A DNA stretch of 35,718 nucleotides from Clostridia bacterium (GTDB lineage: Bacteria; Bacillota; Clostridia; Christensenellales; CAG-138): assembly GCA_017393775.1 (NCBI GenBank), contig JAFOQN010000064.1, positions 1 to 35,718 on the forward strand, in the 5' to 3' direction. Made by a program: the position numbers and the translations under genes. Positions 35,317 through 35,718 of this stretch are shown here, in pieces (within the stretch, counting starts at the first letter, position 1; each line of letters starts with the position of its first letter). Under the pieces are notes generated by a model, which did not search any database, was not told the DNA's origin, and saw only the letters and a list, made by a program, of their open reading frames with translations.

Positions 35317-35717
35317 GACGCAGGCGAGAGCGTTTCGGCGTCGAATGTGATCGTGTATTCGATCTCGTGCGGTGTACTCATCGCCGTGGTGTCCGCAACG
35401 ACGTTGAGCGGCTCATGAATGCTTTTCACCGGCAGTACGAACATCGAGTGTCCGTCCGAGATCGCGGGCTCAAACCGCTCGCCGTTCAGAAGCATGTAGT
35501 CATACTTGTCGCTGCTCCAGATCACCAGAAGCGACGCCGTGCCGTCCTGAAAAACGGTCAGCTGCGCGGGCGACTGGATCTTCGCTTTTCCCGTGCCGCC
35601 CTCGAGCGTGACGCCGATCAAATAGGTGCCTTCCGCCGGCAGCGCCTTCTTTGCGCAGGCGGCAGTCGCAAGCAGCATCGCCAAGATCAAAAACCAAACG
35701 ATGATCCTCTTTTTCAT
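35313..35717 (-). CDS. Small lipoprotein (NEAT-like) associated with the Fe/corrinoid ABC transporter
   Basis: Lipobox TAAC, LEGGTGKA, WSS..YDYM, ADTTAMSTPHEIEY. Translationally coupled to the substrate-binding gene. Confidence 0.75.
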   Translation of the reverse strand: MKKRIIVWFLILAMLLATAACAKKALPAEGTYLIGVTLEGGTGKAKIQSPAQLTVFQDGTASLLVIWSSDKYDYMLLNGERFEPAISDGHSMFVLPVKSIHEPLNVVADTTAMSTPHEIEYTITFDAETLSPAS

Positions 35718-35718
35718 A

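Overview
Clostridia-like (Firmicutes) DNA in three blocks. (1) Bases 1 to about 11035 appear to be the right end of an integrative island that targets tRNA-Asn(GTT). A 45-bp 3' tRNA fragment starting at the anticodon loop marks the att site. The cargo is one tightly coupled minus-strand operon of at least 17 genes or gene remnants. It holds five class I SAM methyltransferases, four ATC-hydrolase (V4R-like, Cys-motif) paralogs plus a likely fragment of a fifth, three related 4-TM membrane proteins (one with an in-frame amber stop), two DUF6796-like membrane proteins, an alpha/beta hydrolase and a ZIP metal transporter. A near-consensus sigma-A promoter drives it, followed by two GTTAG-N6-CTAAC (DtxR-like) operators. 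(2) From 11.1 to 19.5 kb lie a frameshifted tnpV remnant, a glutathione peroxidase and an apbE remnant. These are followed by a CiaRH-like two-component system flanked by two operons sharing a direct-repeat promoter box: NAGPA-family phosphodiester glycosidase plus a membrane protein, and VTC polyphosphate polymerase plus DUF4956 plus a Cthe_2159-type lipoprotein. (3) From 19.8 to 35.7 kb is an anaerobic cobalamin operon (lipoprotein, Fe/B12-type ABC transporter, cbiB, cobD, cbiD, cbiL, cbiF, cbiG, cbiH, cbiJ-E-T fusion, cbiA, cbiP, cbiC, Cys-rich protein). It contains a palindromic REP-like insertion and ends at a cupin remnant. The best candidate for an undescribed system is the apparently metal-repressed, paralog-rich island operon. 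All family calls come from motif recognition by eye; no database search was run.
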